Shown here piece by piece: positions 26,191 through 35,908 of a DNA stretch of 51,418 nucleotides. Positions within the stretch are counted from its first letter, which is position 1. Each line of letters opens with the position of its first letter. Origin of the DNA: Comamonadaceae bacterium (GTDB taxonomy: Bacteria; Pseudomonadota; Gammaproteobacteria; Burkholderiales; Burkholderiaceae_C); NCBI GenBank assembly GCA_947454695.1, contig CANGMW010000001.1, positions 1 through 51,418 on the forward strand, in the 5' to 3' direction. A model generated the notes under the pieces. That model was not told where the DNA came from. It saw nothing but the letters and a program-made list of their open reading frames with translations, and did no database searches. The position numbers and the translations under genes were made by a program.

Positions 26191-27048
26191 TCAACGGTGC
26201 AACTCGATAATTTTCATGGCCACAGGCGCGAAGCCGTGGTTGAGCGGTCCGTGACCCTGCCCGGTTTGCACGTCGGCGCCGGCCGCAATCGCCCCCAAAA
26301 TGTAGGCGCGGGCCTGGCTGACCGCTTGCGGCAAATCGAGTCCCATGGCCAGATGCGCCGCTATCGCCGAGGACAAGGTGCAGCCCGTGCCGTGCACATT
26401 GCGGCTCTCAATGCGTTGCGAAGCCAGGCGCAGTGGGGCCCGATCTGTTTGCAGCAAAAGGTCGACCACCTGCGAGCCACTCAAATGCCCGCCTTTGAGC
26501 AAAACGGCCGGTGCGCCCAAGGCCAACAAAGCCTGCGCCGCTTCCGGCAGGGCCTCCACCCCGGCGATCGCACGCCCCAGCAGCAACTCGGCTTCGTCCA
26601 GATTGGGGGTGATGACACTGACCAGGGGAAAGAGTTGCTGGACCAGCACCTGAACCGTCTCTGCGGCAATCAAGCGGTCGCCACTGGTGGCCACCATCAC
26701 CGGATCCAGCACCACATGGCGCAATTGGTAGCGGGCAATGGCTTGGGCCACCACCTCCACGACCTCGGGCGAATGCAACATGCCGATCTTGACCGCGTCC
26801 ACGCCGATGTCGGAAACAACCGCATCGATCTGATCGCGCAGCATCTCGGGCGGCACGCCGTGGATCGCGCGCACGCCTTGGGTATTTTGAGCGGTGATGG
26901 CGGTGATCGCCGTCATGCCGAAGCAGCCCAGGGCGCTGAAAGTTTTCAAATCGGCCTGGATACCGGCGCCGCCGCCGCTGTCGGATCCCGCAATGCTCAG
27001 AACGCGCGGGTAGCGCTTGGGGCTTGTCGTTTCAGTGTGTGTGCTCAT
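26191..27048 (-). CDS. thiD: Hydroxymethylpyrimidine / phosphomethylpyrimidine kinase
   Basis: '[22 protein letters not shown]', 'LLKGGHL' and '[16 protein letters not shown]'. 285 aa. Confidence 0.9.
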   Translation of the reverse strand: MSTHTETTSPKRYPRVLSIAGSDSGGGAGIQADLKTFSALGCFGMTAITAITAQNTQGVRAIHGVPPEMLRDQIDAVVSDIGVDAVKIGMLHSPEVVEVVAQAIARYQLRHVVLDPVMVATSGDRLIAAETVQVLVQQLFPLVSVITPNLDEAELLLGRAIAGVEALPEAAQALLALGAPAVLLKGGHLSGSQVVDLLLQTDRAPLRLASQRIESRNVHGTGCTLSSAIAAHLAMGLDLPQAVSQARAYILGAIAAGADVQTGQGHGPLNHGFAPVAMKIIELHR

Positions 27049-27074
27049 TTTGAAAATTATCAGGGCAATTGGTC

Positions 27075-28169
27075 ATGAACTCTGAAGGTCCTGTTTCAAT
27101 CGTTTTGGGCGCGGGCCTGATGGGCCGCTTGCTGGCCTGGCAGCTGGCCCGCGCAGGCCACCGGGTCAGTGTCTATGAGGCGCAAGGCCCCGATGCCCAG
27201 GGTTCACCCGCCCGGGTGGCTGCCGCCATGCTGGCCCCGCTCGCCGAGTCCGCCATCACCGAGGCCTCTGTGGTGGACATGGGTCGCTACGCCCTCACGC
27301 GCTGGCCGGCTTTGCTTGCACAGCTCGTGCAGCCGGTGTTCTTTCAGCAGCAAGGTACCTTGATTCTGTGGCACCGCCAGGATGCCCCGGAGGCCCAGCG
27401 ATTTGAACGCCAATTGCGCACCACCAATACGCGCCATCCCGACCTGCCGGCCTTAGAAAATTTAGACACGACCGGCATCCACGCGCTGGAGCCGTCGCTG
27501 GGCCAGCGTTTTGCCCAGGGTCTGTACCTGCCCGGCGAGGGGCAGTTGGATAACCGGCAGTTGCTGGCCGCTTTGCTGCATGAACTCCAGGCCTTGAACG
27601 TCACTCTCCATTGGCAATGTCCGCGCGCGCCGGAGGATTTTTCGCCGGGCCAGACCGGTCAACCGGACTTTGTGTTCGATTGCCGCGGCTTAGGCGCCCA
27701 CCCGCAATGGGGACAGCTGCGCGGGGTACGGGGCGAGGTGGCGCGCTTGCATGCGCCTGAGGTGAGCTTGAGCCGCCCCACCCGGCTGATTCACCCGCGC
27801 TACCCCATCTACATTGCGCCTAAAGAAGACCACGTGTTTGTGATCGGTGCCACAGAAATTGAAAGTGATGACTTGTCCCCGCCCAGCGTGCGCTCGACCT
27901 TGGAGCTCCTGAGTGCGGCGTACTCCGTGCACAGCGGTTTTGCCGAGGCCCGCATCCTGGAAATCGCTACCCAGTGTCGCCCGACCCTGCCGGACAATTT
28001 GCCGGCGATCCGAACGCTGGGTCCGCGCACGCTGCAGATCAACGGGCTGTACCGTCATGGCTTCATGATCTCGCCGGCCCTGCTGGATGTGGCGCTGTCG
28101 TGGGTTCAGGGTGACGGTATGAATTTGGCCCAACGCTTCCAACTCCAACTTCAAAGCCGTTCCAATTAA
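27075..28169 (+). CDS. thiO: FAD-dependent glycine oxidase ThiO
   Basis: The dinucleotide loop 'IVLGAGLMGRLLAWQLARAGHRVSVYE', a DAO-family fold, and its position as first gene of thiO-thiS-thiG-thiE. ATG 27075 is preferred over TTG 27069. Confidence 0.8.
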   Translation: MNSEGPVSIVLGAGLMGRLLAWQLARAGHRVSVYEAQGPDAQGSPARVAAAMLAPLAESAITEASVVDMGRYALTRWPALLAQLVQPVFFQQQGTLILWHRQDAPEAQRFERQLRTTNTRHPDLPALENLDTTGIHALEPSLGQRFAQGLYLPGEGQLDNRQLLAALLHELQALNVTLHWQCPRAPEDFSPGQTGQPDFVFDCRGLGAHPQWGQLRGVRGEVARLHAPEVSLSRPTRLIHPRYPIYIAPKEDHVFVIGATEIESDDLSPPSVRSTLELLSAAYSVHSGFAEARILEIATQCRPTLPDNLPAIRTLGPRTLQINGLYRHGFMISPALLDVALSWVQGDGMNLAQRFQLQLQSRSN

Positions 28170-28172
28170 GCC

Positions 28173-28370
28173 ATGCACGTTGTCATCAACAAAGTCGACC
28201 ACACGCTTTCTGCGGGCGCCACCTTGGCCGATGCCATTGCGCTGATCCAGGCCAAACCGCCGTTTGCGGTGGCGGTGAACCTGCAGTTTGTTCCCAAAAC
28301 CCACTACGCACAGTACCTATTGCAAGCCCAGGACCAGGTCGAGATCATCTCGCCTGTGACGGGCGGCTAA
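28173..28370 (+). CDS. thiS: Thiamine biosynthesis sulfur carrier protein ThiS
   Basis: 65 aa, ubiquitin-like, ends in 'VTGG'. It lies between thiO and thiG. Confidence 0.85.
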   Translation: MHVVINKVDHTLSAGATLADAIALIQAKPPFAVAVNLQFVPKTHYAQYLLQAQDQVEIISPVTGG

Positions 28371-28386
28371 ACCAGAAGATTTCACC

Positions 28387-29205
28387 ATGTTCCATCCCAC
28401 CGATACCGATGCGCTGATCTTGTACGACGAATCTTTTCACAGCCGTTTGATGTTGGGCACGGCGCGCTACCCCTCACCCAGTGTGTTGGAGTCGGCCGTG
28501 CAGCAAGCGCGTCCGGCCATGTTGACGGCCTCACTGCGCCGGCAAGGCGCCGCCCCGGACACGCACCACGGTGAACACGGCAACAGTTTTTGGGAGCTCC
28601 TGCGCGGCTTGAACGTGCCGGTGCTGCCCAACACGGCCGGATGCCACAGCGTGCAGGAAGCCATCACCACTGCCGAAATGGCCCGTGAAGTGTTCAATAC
28701 CGCCTGGATCAAGTTGGAGCTGATTGGCGACGACTACAGCCTGCAGCCCGATACCTTGAACCTGGTTGAGGCCGCGCAGTGGCTGATTAAAAACGGCTTC
28801 AAGGTGCTGCCCTACTGCACCGAAGATCTGGTGCTCTGCCGCCGTCTGGTCGATGTCGGCTGTCAGGCGGTGATGCCCTGGGCCGCCCCGATTGGCACGG
28901 GCAAAGGCCCAACCAACCCTTATGGCTTGCGCCAGTTGCGCGAGCGACTCCCCGATGTGCCCATGATCGTGGACGCGGGACTCGGGCGTCCCTCGCACGC
29001 CTGTACGGTGATGGAGTGGGGATTTGATGCCGTCTTGCTCAACACCGCGGTGGCGCTGGCCCAGGACCCGGTGGTCATGGCTGGCGCTTTTGCAGCGGCC
29101 ACGCAGGCCGGCCGCCACGCTTTTCGATCAGGCGCGATGGCCGAACAGGAATCCGCTCAACCCAGCACACCGGTACTGGGCACGCCGTTTTGGCACCACA
29201 ACTAA
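28387..29205 (+). CDS. thiG: Thiazole synthase
   Basis: '[12 protein letters not shown]', 'LPNTAGC', 'IKLELIGD', 'VLPYCTEDL', '[13 protein letters not shown]' and 'VDAGLG' are ThiG hallmarks. Confidence 0.95.
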   Translation: MFHPTDTDALILYDESFHSRLMLGTARYPSPSVLESAVQQARPAMLTASLRRQGAAPDTHHGEHGNSFWELLRGLNVPVLPNTAGCHSVQEAITTAEMAREVFNTAWIKLELIGDDYSLQPDTLNLVEAAQWLIKNGFKVLPYCTEDLVLCRRLVDVGCQAVMPWAAPIGTGKGPTNPYGLRQLRERLPDVPMIVDAGLGRPSHACTVMEWGFDAVLLNTAVALAQDPVVMAGAFAAATQAGRHAFRSGAMAEQESAQPSTPVLGTPFWHHN

Positions 29206-29211
29206 GTCAAG

Positions 29212-30099
29212 ATGAACACGCTCACCCCACAAGCGCAGGCGATCGTCCAAGCGCATCAAGACCAGCTGGCCCTGCCCGTCGTCAGTCTGGCTGCAACGCA
29301 CTACAGCCGCGAGGATGCGATCTACCGCAGCGCCAAGCAGGCGTGTCTGGCCATGGGCTTTATCGAGATCGATGCCGAATGCCTGGGCCGGGCCTGGCAG
29401 GCCATGACGCAGCGCCTGGGTGCATTCGATCCTCTACGCTGGCCCGACGAGCCGGCGGATTTCGGCCTCCAGCCTTGGCCCCGCGAACAGGCATTTGCCA
29501 CCTGTCCCCACGCCCTGGGCTTGTATGCGGTGCTGCCGGATGCGGCATGGGTCGCTCGCATGGCACGGGCCGGTGTGCCCACGGTGCAGTTGCGCATGAA
29601 ATCAGACGATGCCCGTGACGTTTTACGCGAGGTGAAGGCGGCGGTGCAGGCTGTCCAAGGCACCGGCGCCCTGCTCTTCATCAACGACCATTGGCAAGCG
29701 GCCATCGAGGCCGGCGCCTATGGCGTGCATTTGGGACAAGAGGACATGGCGGTGGCGAACCTGCAGACCATCCGCGCGGCCGGCTTGCGCTTGGGCCTGT
29801 CCAGCCATGGCTACGCCGAGATGCTGCGGGCCGACGCCTTCAGCCCGAGCTACATCGCGATGGGGGCGGTGTTTCCCACGACGCTCAAGCGCATGGCCAC
29901 CGCTCCCCAGGGTGCCGGTCGTCTGCATGCTTATGCCCGTCTGATGCGCCATTACCCCACTGTGGCGATTGGGGGCATTGATGCCGGCAATTTGGCGCAG
30001 GTCAAGACCAGCGGGGCGGGTTCTTTTGCGGTGGTGCGGGCCATCACCGCCGCCCCGGATCCGGAGCAAGCGGCAGCCGAATTGATGCGCTTGATTTGA
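29212..30099 (+). CDS. thiE: Thiamine-phosphate synthase with an N-terminal extension of about 100 aa
   Basis: The ThiE core runs from about residue 102 ('LGLYAVLPD...VQLRMK...LFINDHW...GVHLGQEDM...GLSSH...YIAMGAVFPT...IGGI'). Residues 1-101 have no ThiE counterpart. Confidence 0.85.
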   Translation: MNTLTPQAQAIVQAHQDQLALPVVSLAATHYSREDAIYRSAKQACLAMGFIEIDAECLGRAWQAMTQRLGAFDPLRWPDEPADFGLQPWPREQAFATCPHALGLYAVLPDAAWVARMARAGVPTVQLRMKSDDARDVLREVKAAVQAVQGTGALLFINDHWQAAIEAGAYGVHLGQEDMAVANLQTIRAAGLRLGLSSHGYAEMLRADAFSPSYIAMGAVFPTTLKRMATAPQGAGRLHAYARLMRHYPTVAIGGIDAGNLAQVKTSGAGSFAVVRAITAAPDPEQAAAELMRLI

Positions 30100-30120
30100 G
30101 GCGCCTGATCGCAAGCTGAA

Positions 30121-30510
30121 TTAGAAATTCAGCGCGGTCATGCACAGGCCGACCAGCGAGGCCAGCAAGAGCGCGGCCACGGGGATAAAACTCAGTGCGT
30201 AGCCCAGCGTCCGGTTGCCTTGCGGATTGGTGTAGTCGCGCAAATAGATGAAGCGCCCCACCAGATAGACCGCAGCAATGAGGCTCATCCAGCCCGCGGG
30301 CCAGTAACCGGCGGCCATCCACAGGGCCGGCACCAGCACCACCAACAACTCCAAGGTGTTCATCTGCACGCGAAAGTAGCGCTCAAACATCTCGTTGCCC
30401 GTGGTGGCGGGACCCGGCACATTGAACTTGCCACGGGCACGGCCGACCAACACACCGAAGTACAAAAATTGCAGCAAGGCCAACACAGTGACCAGATCAA
30501 CCCAAACCAT
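30121..30510 (-). CDS. MAPEG-family membrane protein
   Basis: About 129 aa with 4 TM helices and the MAPEG-like 'RVQMNTLE...YLVGRFIYLRDY' region. Start placed at the second ATG (30510, MVWVDL...), which has GGGAG 7 nt upstream. The ORF-track start 30537 is possible. Confidence 0.65.
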   Translation of the reverse strand: MVWVDLVTVLALLQFLYFGVLVGRARGKFNVPGPATTGNEMFERYFRVQMNTLELLVVLVPALWMAAGYWPAGWMSLIAAVYLVGRFIYLRDYTNPQGNRTLGYALSFIPVAALLLASLVGLCMTALNF

Positions 30511-30630
30511 AGAGCGCTCCCGAATAGTGATGAACATGCAATTTAACAGTGTTGTGGGCGAGCAGTGGAAAGATCGCCCCTGACTTGTGGCCTAATAGCG
30601 GCTTGGACCTTTTTTTATCAGGAAATTCAA

Positions 30631-30801
30631 ATGGGCAACAAGATCGTTACTGAAGCAGACCGCAAACGCACCCCCCGTCCCAAGCCTTTGCCTGGCATGA
30701 CTTTGGCCACCCCAGGCCGTGGCCAGCGCGTGAGCTTGGAGCGCGGCGTGGCAACACGAAGCAAAAAGAATCCGGGCAAACGCGCCAACAAAGGCGGTTG
30801 A
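30631..30801 (+). CDS. Small, highly basic hypothetical protein (56 aa)
   Basis: ATG 30631 is preceded by AGGAAA at -12 to -7. The sequence is MGNKIVTEADRKRTPRPKPLPGMTLATPGRGQRVSLERGVATRSKKNPGKRANKGG. Two hairpins follow. I recognise no family. Confidence 0.4.
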   Translation: MGNKIVTEADRKRTPRPKPLPGMTLATPGRGQRVSLERGVATRSKKNPGKRANKGG

Positions 30802-30835
30802 TTTGTCTCCTTGGCTTTTGTCAAAAGCCAAAGTT

Positions 30836-30861
30836 AAAAGCCCTCCTAGGAGGGCTTTTTT
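30836..30861. terminator. Bidirectional rho-independent terminator shared by the small ORF (+) and purL (-)
   Basis: AAAAGCCCTC-ctag-GAGGGCTTTT gives a 10-bp stem with a GC core. A T6 run follows on the + strand and A4 precedes it (T4 on the - strand). A second smaller hairpin, TTGGCTTTT-gtc-AAAAGCCAA, lies at 30811-30831. Confidence 0.7.
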
Positions 30862-30888
30862 CATGGGTTGGTGCCAGACAGGCTGGCT

Positions 30889-33800
30889 TTAGCTGACCCA
30901 GCGACGCGCGTTGTGCCACAGCTGCATCCAAGGACTTGCCGCACCGGCGTCACCCGAGGTCCAGCTCATCTGGATATTGCGAAACACCCGCTCAGGGTGC
31001 GGCATCATGGCGGTGAAGCGTCCATCAGCGGTGGTCACTGCGGTCAGGCCGGCGGGGCTGCCGTTGGGATTGAAGGGGTAAGTTTCGGTTGCCGCCCCGT
31101 GGTGGTCAACAAAGCGCATAGCCGGAATGACACGCGCCTGATCGCCCCGGTACGCAAAATTGGCAAAGCCTTCCCCGTGCGCCACCGCAATGGGCAAACG
31201 GCTGCCGGCCATGCCCTGCAGGAACAGGCTGGGCGACTCCAGGATTTCGACCATGGACAGGCGCGCTTCAAAGCGCTCGCTGCGGTTGGTGGTGAAACGC
31301 GGCCAGTCCTGTGCGCCCGGAATGATGTCGGCCAGTTCGGCAAACATCTGGCAACCGTTGCACACGCCCAAGCCAAAGGTGTCGGTGCGGGTAAAGAACG
31401 CTTTGAACTGATCCGCCAATGCCGGGTTGAAGGTGATGGAGCGTGCCCAGCCGATACCGGCGCCCAAGGTGTCGCCGTAACTGAAGCCCCCACAGGCCAC
31501 TACGCCTTGGAAGTCTTGCAAGCGGGCACGTCCGCTTTGCAAGTCGCTCATGTGCACATCAAAGGCCTCAAACCCGGCTTGGGTGAAGGCATAAGCCATC
31601 TCGACGTGGGAGTTCACGCCTTGCTCGCGCAGCACAGCCACTTGGGGTCGACTCAGCAGCAAGGCCGGTGCCACGCAGGCCTCGGGGGTGAAGCTTAAAT
31701 GCACCTGCAGCCCCGGGTTGTTCAAGTCACCCACATGGGCATGCTCCTCGTCCGCGCAGGCCGGGTTGTCACGCAGTTGGCAAATTTTCCAGCTCACGCT
31801 GTCCCACACCTGGTGCAAGTCGGTGAGCTTCGCACTGAAGACGGCTTTGGCATCACGCCAGATCTGCACCTCGCCCACGCCGGCCTGCACCGCACTGCCG
31901 GCCGGGCGGGTTTTGCCGATGACATGGGTGTGACGGGACAAACCATGCTCGCGCAGCACCTGCAAGACCTCTGCGCGCTGCGCGGTAGCAACTTGCAAGA
32001 CCACGCCGAGTTCTTCGTTAAAGAGCGCTTGCAGCGTGCGCTCATCGCGGCGCGCGCTGACCTGCGTCGCCCAGTTCTTGCTGTCGCCATGGTCAGCCCG
32101 GCTGTCGCTGATGCCGTCGCCTTCAGTCACGAGCAAATCGACATTCAGGGCCACCCCCACTTGTCCGGCAAACGCCATTTCGCACACGGCGGCTAACAAG
32201 CCGCCATCGCTGCGGTCGTGGTAGGCCAGGATCAGGCCCTTGGCACGCAGCGCATTGACCGCATGCACCAGGTTCACCAGGTCTTTGGGGTCGTCCAGGT
32301 CGGGCACGGTGTCACCCGTCTGATTCAGGGTTTGCGCCAGAATGCTGCCGCCCATGCGCATCTGGCCTTTACCCAGATCAACCAACAGCAAAGAGGTATC
32401 CGCCTCCTGCGCATTGAGTTGCGGCGTGAGCGTGCCCCGGACATCGGCCAAGGTGGCAAAGGCGGTGACGACCAAGGACACCGGTGAAGTCACCTTCTTG
32501 GACTGCCCTTCACTTTGCCACTGGGTGCGCATCGACAAGCTGTCTTTACCGACCGGAATGGAAATGCCCAAGGCGGGGCACAAGTCCATGCCCACCGCTT
32601 TGACGGTGGCGTACAGCGCCGCATCTTCGCCGGGCTCACCACAGGCGGCCATCCAATTGGCCGAGAGTTTCACCCGGGGAAGCTCCATGGGGGCGGCCAG
32701 CAAATTGGTGATGGCCTCAGCCACCGCCATGCGGCCGGAAGCGGGTGCGTCCAGGCTGGCCAGCGGGGTGCGCTCGCCCATGCTCATGGCCTCGCCCGCA
32801 AAGCCGGCGTAGTCGGCCAGCGTGACCGAACAGTCGGCCACGGGGACTTGCCAGGGACCCACCATCTGATCACGGTGGGTGAGCCCCCCCACGGTGCGGT
32901 CACCAATGGTGATCAAAAACCGTTTGGACGCCACCGTGGGATGGCTGAGCACATCAATCACGGCTTGTTGCAAGACGACACCATCCAGGTTCAAGGGCTT
33001 GAACTGACGCGCCACGGTCTGTACATCGCGGTGCATTTTGGGTGGCTTGCCCAGCAAGACCTGCATGGGCATGTTGACTGCATCGCCCACGCTGGTCGCA
33101 GGGGTCTTCACCGCCTGGAATTTCTGGGCGCCGTGCGCGTTATCTTCATCGCTCAGCACCAACTGACGGGCTTGCGTGGCCACGCCGACCACCGCAAACG
33201 GGCAACGCTCGCGCTCGCAAAAAGCCCGGAAGGTCTCCAAGGACTCGGGGGCAATCGCCATCACATACCGTTCCTGGCTCTCGTTGCACCAGATTTCTTT
33301 GGGCGCCAGACCGGATTCTTCCAGCGGGACGGCACGCAGGTCAAAGCGGGCACCGCGGCCGGCGTCGTTGGTGAGCTCGGGAAACGCGTTGGAGATGCCG
33401 CCGGCACCCACATCGTGAATCGCCAAAATCGGATTGGCTTCGCCCAAGGCCCAGCAATGGTTGATGACTTCTTGCGCACGACGTTCGATTTCGGGGTTGC
33501 CACGTTGCACCGAATCAAAGTCGAGCTCGGCCGCATTGGCGCCTGTGGCCATGGAACTGGCCGCGCCGCCGCCCATGCCAATGCGCATGCCCGGCCCGCC
33601 GAGTTGGATCAGCAGGGAACCCGCAGGAAATTCGATTTTGTGCGTGAGGCCGGCGTCGATCGTGCCCAAGCCTCCGGCAATCATGATGGGCTTGTGGTAG
33701 CCGCGCTGCACCTGATCGACATCGCTGTGAACGGCTTGCTCGTATTCGCGGAAATAGCCGGTGAGGTTGGGTCGGCCGAACTCGTTGTTGAATGCCGCGC

Positions 33801-34926
33801 CGCCCAAGGGGCCTTCGATCATGATTTGCAGCGGGCTGGCAATGTGCGCCGGCTTGCCAAAGTCACCGCCCCAGAGTTTGGAGACGGTGAAGCCCGTCAG
33901 ACCCGCTTTGGGCTTGGAGCCCCGGCCGGTAGCGCCCTCGTCGCGGATTTCGCCGCCGGCACCTGTAGAGGCGCCCGGGAACGGCGAGATAGCGGTGGGA
34001 TGGTTGTGGGTCTCCACCTTCATCAGCACATGGTTGAGCGCCGGCTGGGCGCGGTAGCTGGGTGTGCTGGTGGTGTTTGCTGTGGCGACAAAACGTTCAA
34101 CCTGCGAGCCTTCCATGATGGAGGCGTTGTCCGAATACGCCACCACCGTGTGTTGGGGACTGGTCTGGTGGGTGTGGCGGATCATGCCGAACATGCTGCG
34201 CGGCTGGGCCACACCATCGATGGTGAAGTCGGCGTTGAAAATCTTGTGACGGCAGTGTTCGCTGTTGGCCTGGGCGAACATCATGAGCTCGACATCGGTG
34301 GGATTGCGCCCCAGCTGATCAAAGGCCTTGACCAGGTAGTCGATTTCATCCTCAGCCAAGGCCAGACCAAACTGCACATTGGCAGCCTTCAAAGCGCTGA
34401 CCCCGCCGCCCAACACATCAATGTGTTCCATAGGCGCTGCCTGCAATTCGGTGAAGAGGCTGCTGGCCTGCGCCCGCTCAAACATAACGCTTTCCGTCAT
34501 GCGGTCATGCAGCAGGGCGGCGACTTGGCTTAACTGATCCGCGCTCAGACTCGCCGTTCGCAGCAGTCTGGACTTGAGGCTCAGGCGGTATTCCACAATC
34601 CGCTCAATACGGCGCACCGGCAATCCGCAGTTGTGCGCGATGTCGCTGGCTTTGGACGCCCAAGGCGAGACCGTCCCCAGGCGCGGTGACACCACGATCA
34701 GCGGCCCATCGAGCGCACCCTTATAGGGCTCGCCGTAGGTCAGCAGGGCCGAGAGCTGTTGCTTCAATGCCGGGGAAGGCGCTGCATCGGTCGCAGCCAG
34801 ATGGACATAGCGAGCGGCCAAATCGGTGATCTTGTCGTCAATGGCTTTCAGGCCGGGCAAAAGTTGCTGAACTCGAAAACTGCTGAGGGCACTGGCGCCT
34901 TCAAAGAAGCTGATGTGCAGGGTCAC
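30889..34926 (-). CDS. purL: Phosphoribosylformylglycinamidine synthase (single-chain large PurL)
   Basis: 1345 aa with N-terminal '[11 protein letters not shown]', duplicated PurM-like domains and a C-terminal glutaminase ('GVCNGCQM', 'MMPHPER'). It starts at GTG 34926, and an in-frame stop 9 nt upstream excludes a longer ORF. Confidence 0.97.
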   Translation of the reverse strand: MTLHISFFEGASALSSFRVQQLLPGLKAIDDKITDLAARYVHLAATDAAPSPALKQQLSALLTYGEPYKGALDGPLIVVSPRLGTVSPWASKASDIAHNCGLPVRRIERIVEYRLSLKSRLLRTASLSADQLSQVAALLHDRMTESVMFERAQASSLFTELQAAPMEHIDVLGGGVSALKAANVQFGLALAEDEIDYLVKAFDQLGRNPTDVELMMFAQANSEHCRHKIFNADFTIDGVAQPRSMFGMIRHTHQTSPQHTVVAYSDNASIMEGSQVERFVATANTTSTPSYRAQPALNHVLMKVETHNHPTAISPFPGASTGAGGEIRDEGATGRGSKPKAGLTGFTVSKLWGGDFGKPAHIASPLQIMIEGPLGGAAFNNEFGRPNLTGYFREYEQAVHSDVDQVQRGYHKPIMIAGGLGTIDAGLTHKIEFPAGSLLIQLGGPGMRIGMGGGAASSMATGANAAELDFDSVQRGNPEIERRAQEVINHCWALGEANPILAIHDVGAGGISNAFPELTNDAGRGARFDLRAVPLEESGLAPKEIWCNESQERYVMAIAPESLETFRAFCERERCPFAVVGVATQARQLVLSDEDNAHGAQKFQAVKTPATSVGDAVNMPMQVLLGKPPKMHRDVQTVARQFKPLNLDGVVLQQAVIDVLSHPTVASKRFLITIGDRTVGGLTHRDQMVGPWQVPVADCSVTLADYAGFAGEAMSMGERTPLASLDAPASGRMAVAEAITNLLAAPMELPRVKLSANWMAACGEPGEDAALYATVKAVGMDLCPALGISIPVGKDSLSMRTQWQSEGQSKKVTSPVSLVVTAFATLADVRGTLTPQLNAQEADTSLLLVDLGKGQMRMGGSILAQTLNQTGDTVPDLDDPKDLVNLVHAVNALRAKGLILAYHDRSDGGLLAAVCEMAFAGQVGVALNVDLLVTEGDGISDSRADHGDSKNWATQVSARRDERTLQALFNEELGVVLQVATAQRAEVLQVLREHGLSRHTHVIGKTRPAGSAVQAGVGEVQIWRDAKAVFSAKLTDLHQVWDSVSWKICQLRDNPACADEEHAHVGDLNNPGLQVHLSFTPEACVAPALLLSRPQVAVLREQGVNSHVEMAYAFTQAGFEAFDVHMSDLQSGRARLQDFQGVVACGGFSYGDTLGAGIGWARSITFNPALADQFKAFFTRTDTFGLGVCNGCQMFAELADIIPGAQDWPRFTTNRSERFEARLSMVEILESPSLFLQGMAGSRLPIAVAHGEGFANFAYRGDQARVIPAMRFVDHHGAATETYPFNPNGSPAGLTAVTTADGRFTAMMPHPERVFRNIQMSWTSGDAGAASPWMQLWHNARRWVS

Positions 34927-35078
34927 GGTGGTGGCCTAGTGGTGGTAGGGCAAGTGGTGGGGAAAGTGGCGGACGCAGTGTCCGAGAAGCCGCTCATTTT
35001 AACTGCACGGATACCGGGCCTGACATCCTAAGGGCCTCACCCCGAACGGGTGAATTCGAGCGATGGGATAATTCAGAC

Positions 35079-35888
35079 ATGACGATCACCATCAAAGACG
35101 AGCAAGGCATCGCGGGCATGCGCCTGGCCGGGCGTTTGGCCTCCCAAGTACTGGACTACCTGGAGCCCTTTGTGAAGCCAGGCGTGACCACCAACGCCCT
35201 GGACAAACTGGCCCATGACTACATCGTGGACGTGCAAGGCGCCATCCCCGCCCCGCTGAATTACGCCCCGGACGGCTACCCGCCCTACCCCAAGTCGATT
35301 TGCAGCTCGATCAACCACCAGGTGTGCCACGGCATCCCCAATGACAAGCCGCTGAAAAAAGGCGACATTGTTAACTTGGACATCACCATCATCAAAGACG
35401 GCTGGCACGGTGACACCAGCCGCATGTTTTGTGTGGGAGATGCTTCAATCGCGGCCAAGCGATTGTGTGCCTTGACCCACGAAGCCATGTGGCACGGCAT
35501 TCAACAGGTCAGGCCTGGTGCCCATCTGGGCGACATCGGCTGGGCTATTCAGTCCTTTGCCGAAGGTCACGGCTTCTCGGTGGTGCGTGAATTTTGCGGG
35601 CATGGCATTGGTCGGGGCTTTCATGAAGACCCGCAAGTGCTGCACTACGGCAAGCCGGGCACCTTGACGGAACTCAAAGCCGGCATGACCTTCACCATCG
35701 AGCCCATGATCAACGCCGGTCGTCGCGACATCAAAGAGCTCGGCGACGGCTGGACCATCGTGACCAAAGACCATTCACTGTCGGCGCAATGGGAACACAC
35801 AGTGCTGGTCACCCCCACCGGCTACGAAGTGCTGACCCTGTCGGCGGGCAGTCCGGCCATTCCCGACTTCGTGCAACCGTCCGCTTAA
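35079..35888 (+). CDS. map: Type I methionine aminopeptidase
   Basis: 'CHGIP', 'DITIIKDGWHGDTS', 'FCGHGIG', 'TIEPM' and 'QWEHTVLVT' are the metal-ligand motifs. Confidence 0.95.
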   Translation: MTITIKDEQGIAGMRLAGRLASQVLDYLEPFVKPGVTTNALDKLAHDYIVDVQGAIPAPLNYAPDGYPPYPKSICSSINHQVCHGIPNDKPLKKGDIVNLDITIIKDGWHGDTSRMFCVGDASIAAKRLCALTHEAMWHGIQQVRPGAHLGDIGWAIQSFAEGHGFSVVREFCGHGIGRGFHEDPQVLHYGKPGTLTELKAGMTFTIEPMINAGRRDIKELGDGWTIVTKDHSLSAQWEHTVLVTPTGYEVLTLSAGSPAIPDFVQPSA

Positions 35889-35908
35889 GCGTCCCTGCCG
35901 CGACCCCT

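Noticed and set aside
26182-27078. A 298-aa + strand ORF directly downstream of the TPP riboswitch, which could have been the riboswitch-controlled gene.
   Set aside because: It is the exact mirror of thiD. It is rich in R, G, H, Q and A like other high-GC shadow ORFs and has no recognisable motif, whereas the - strand product has unambiguous ThiD motifs. I treat it as non-coding; the riboswitch therefore remains orphan.
30115-30133. A perfect 8-bp inverted repeat, GCTGAATT-aga-AATTCAGC, between thiE and the MAPEG gene, considered as a bidirectional terminator.
   Set aside because: It is AT-rich with a 3-nt loop and no flanking T/A tracts, and it overlaps the last codons and stop of the MAPEG gene. 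It is probably not a functional intrinsic terminator.
32515-34533. A 672-aa + strand ORF opposite purL. Similar long antisense ORFs lie at 19076-20272 (-) opposite cysI, 43435-44685 (+) opposite smc, 10339-11193 and 12148-13059 (+) opposite hrpA, 5715-6632 (-) opposite cysB, 6970-7956 (-) opposite the aminotransferase, 36497-37336 (-) opposite glnD and 46978-47793 (-) opposite dapD.
   Set aside because: All lie fully inside strongly supported genes on the other strand. They have low-complexity R/G/A/H/Q-rich composition and no motifs. Stop-codon depletion on the antisense strand of GC-rich genes explains them.
34927-34975. A G-rich + strand tract (GGTGGTGG...GTGGTGGTAGGG...GTGGTGGGG...GTGGCGG) considered as a G-quadruplex.
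   Set aside because: Only two runs have three or more consecutive Gs, so a canonical four-tract G4 cannot form. It is reported instead as a CCACCAC repeat in the purL leader.
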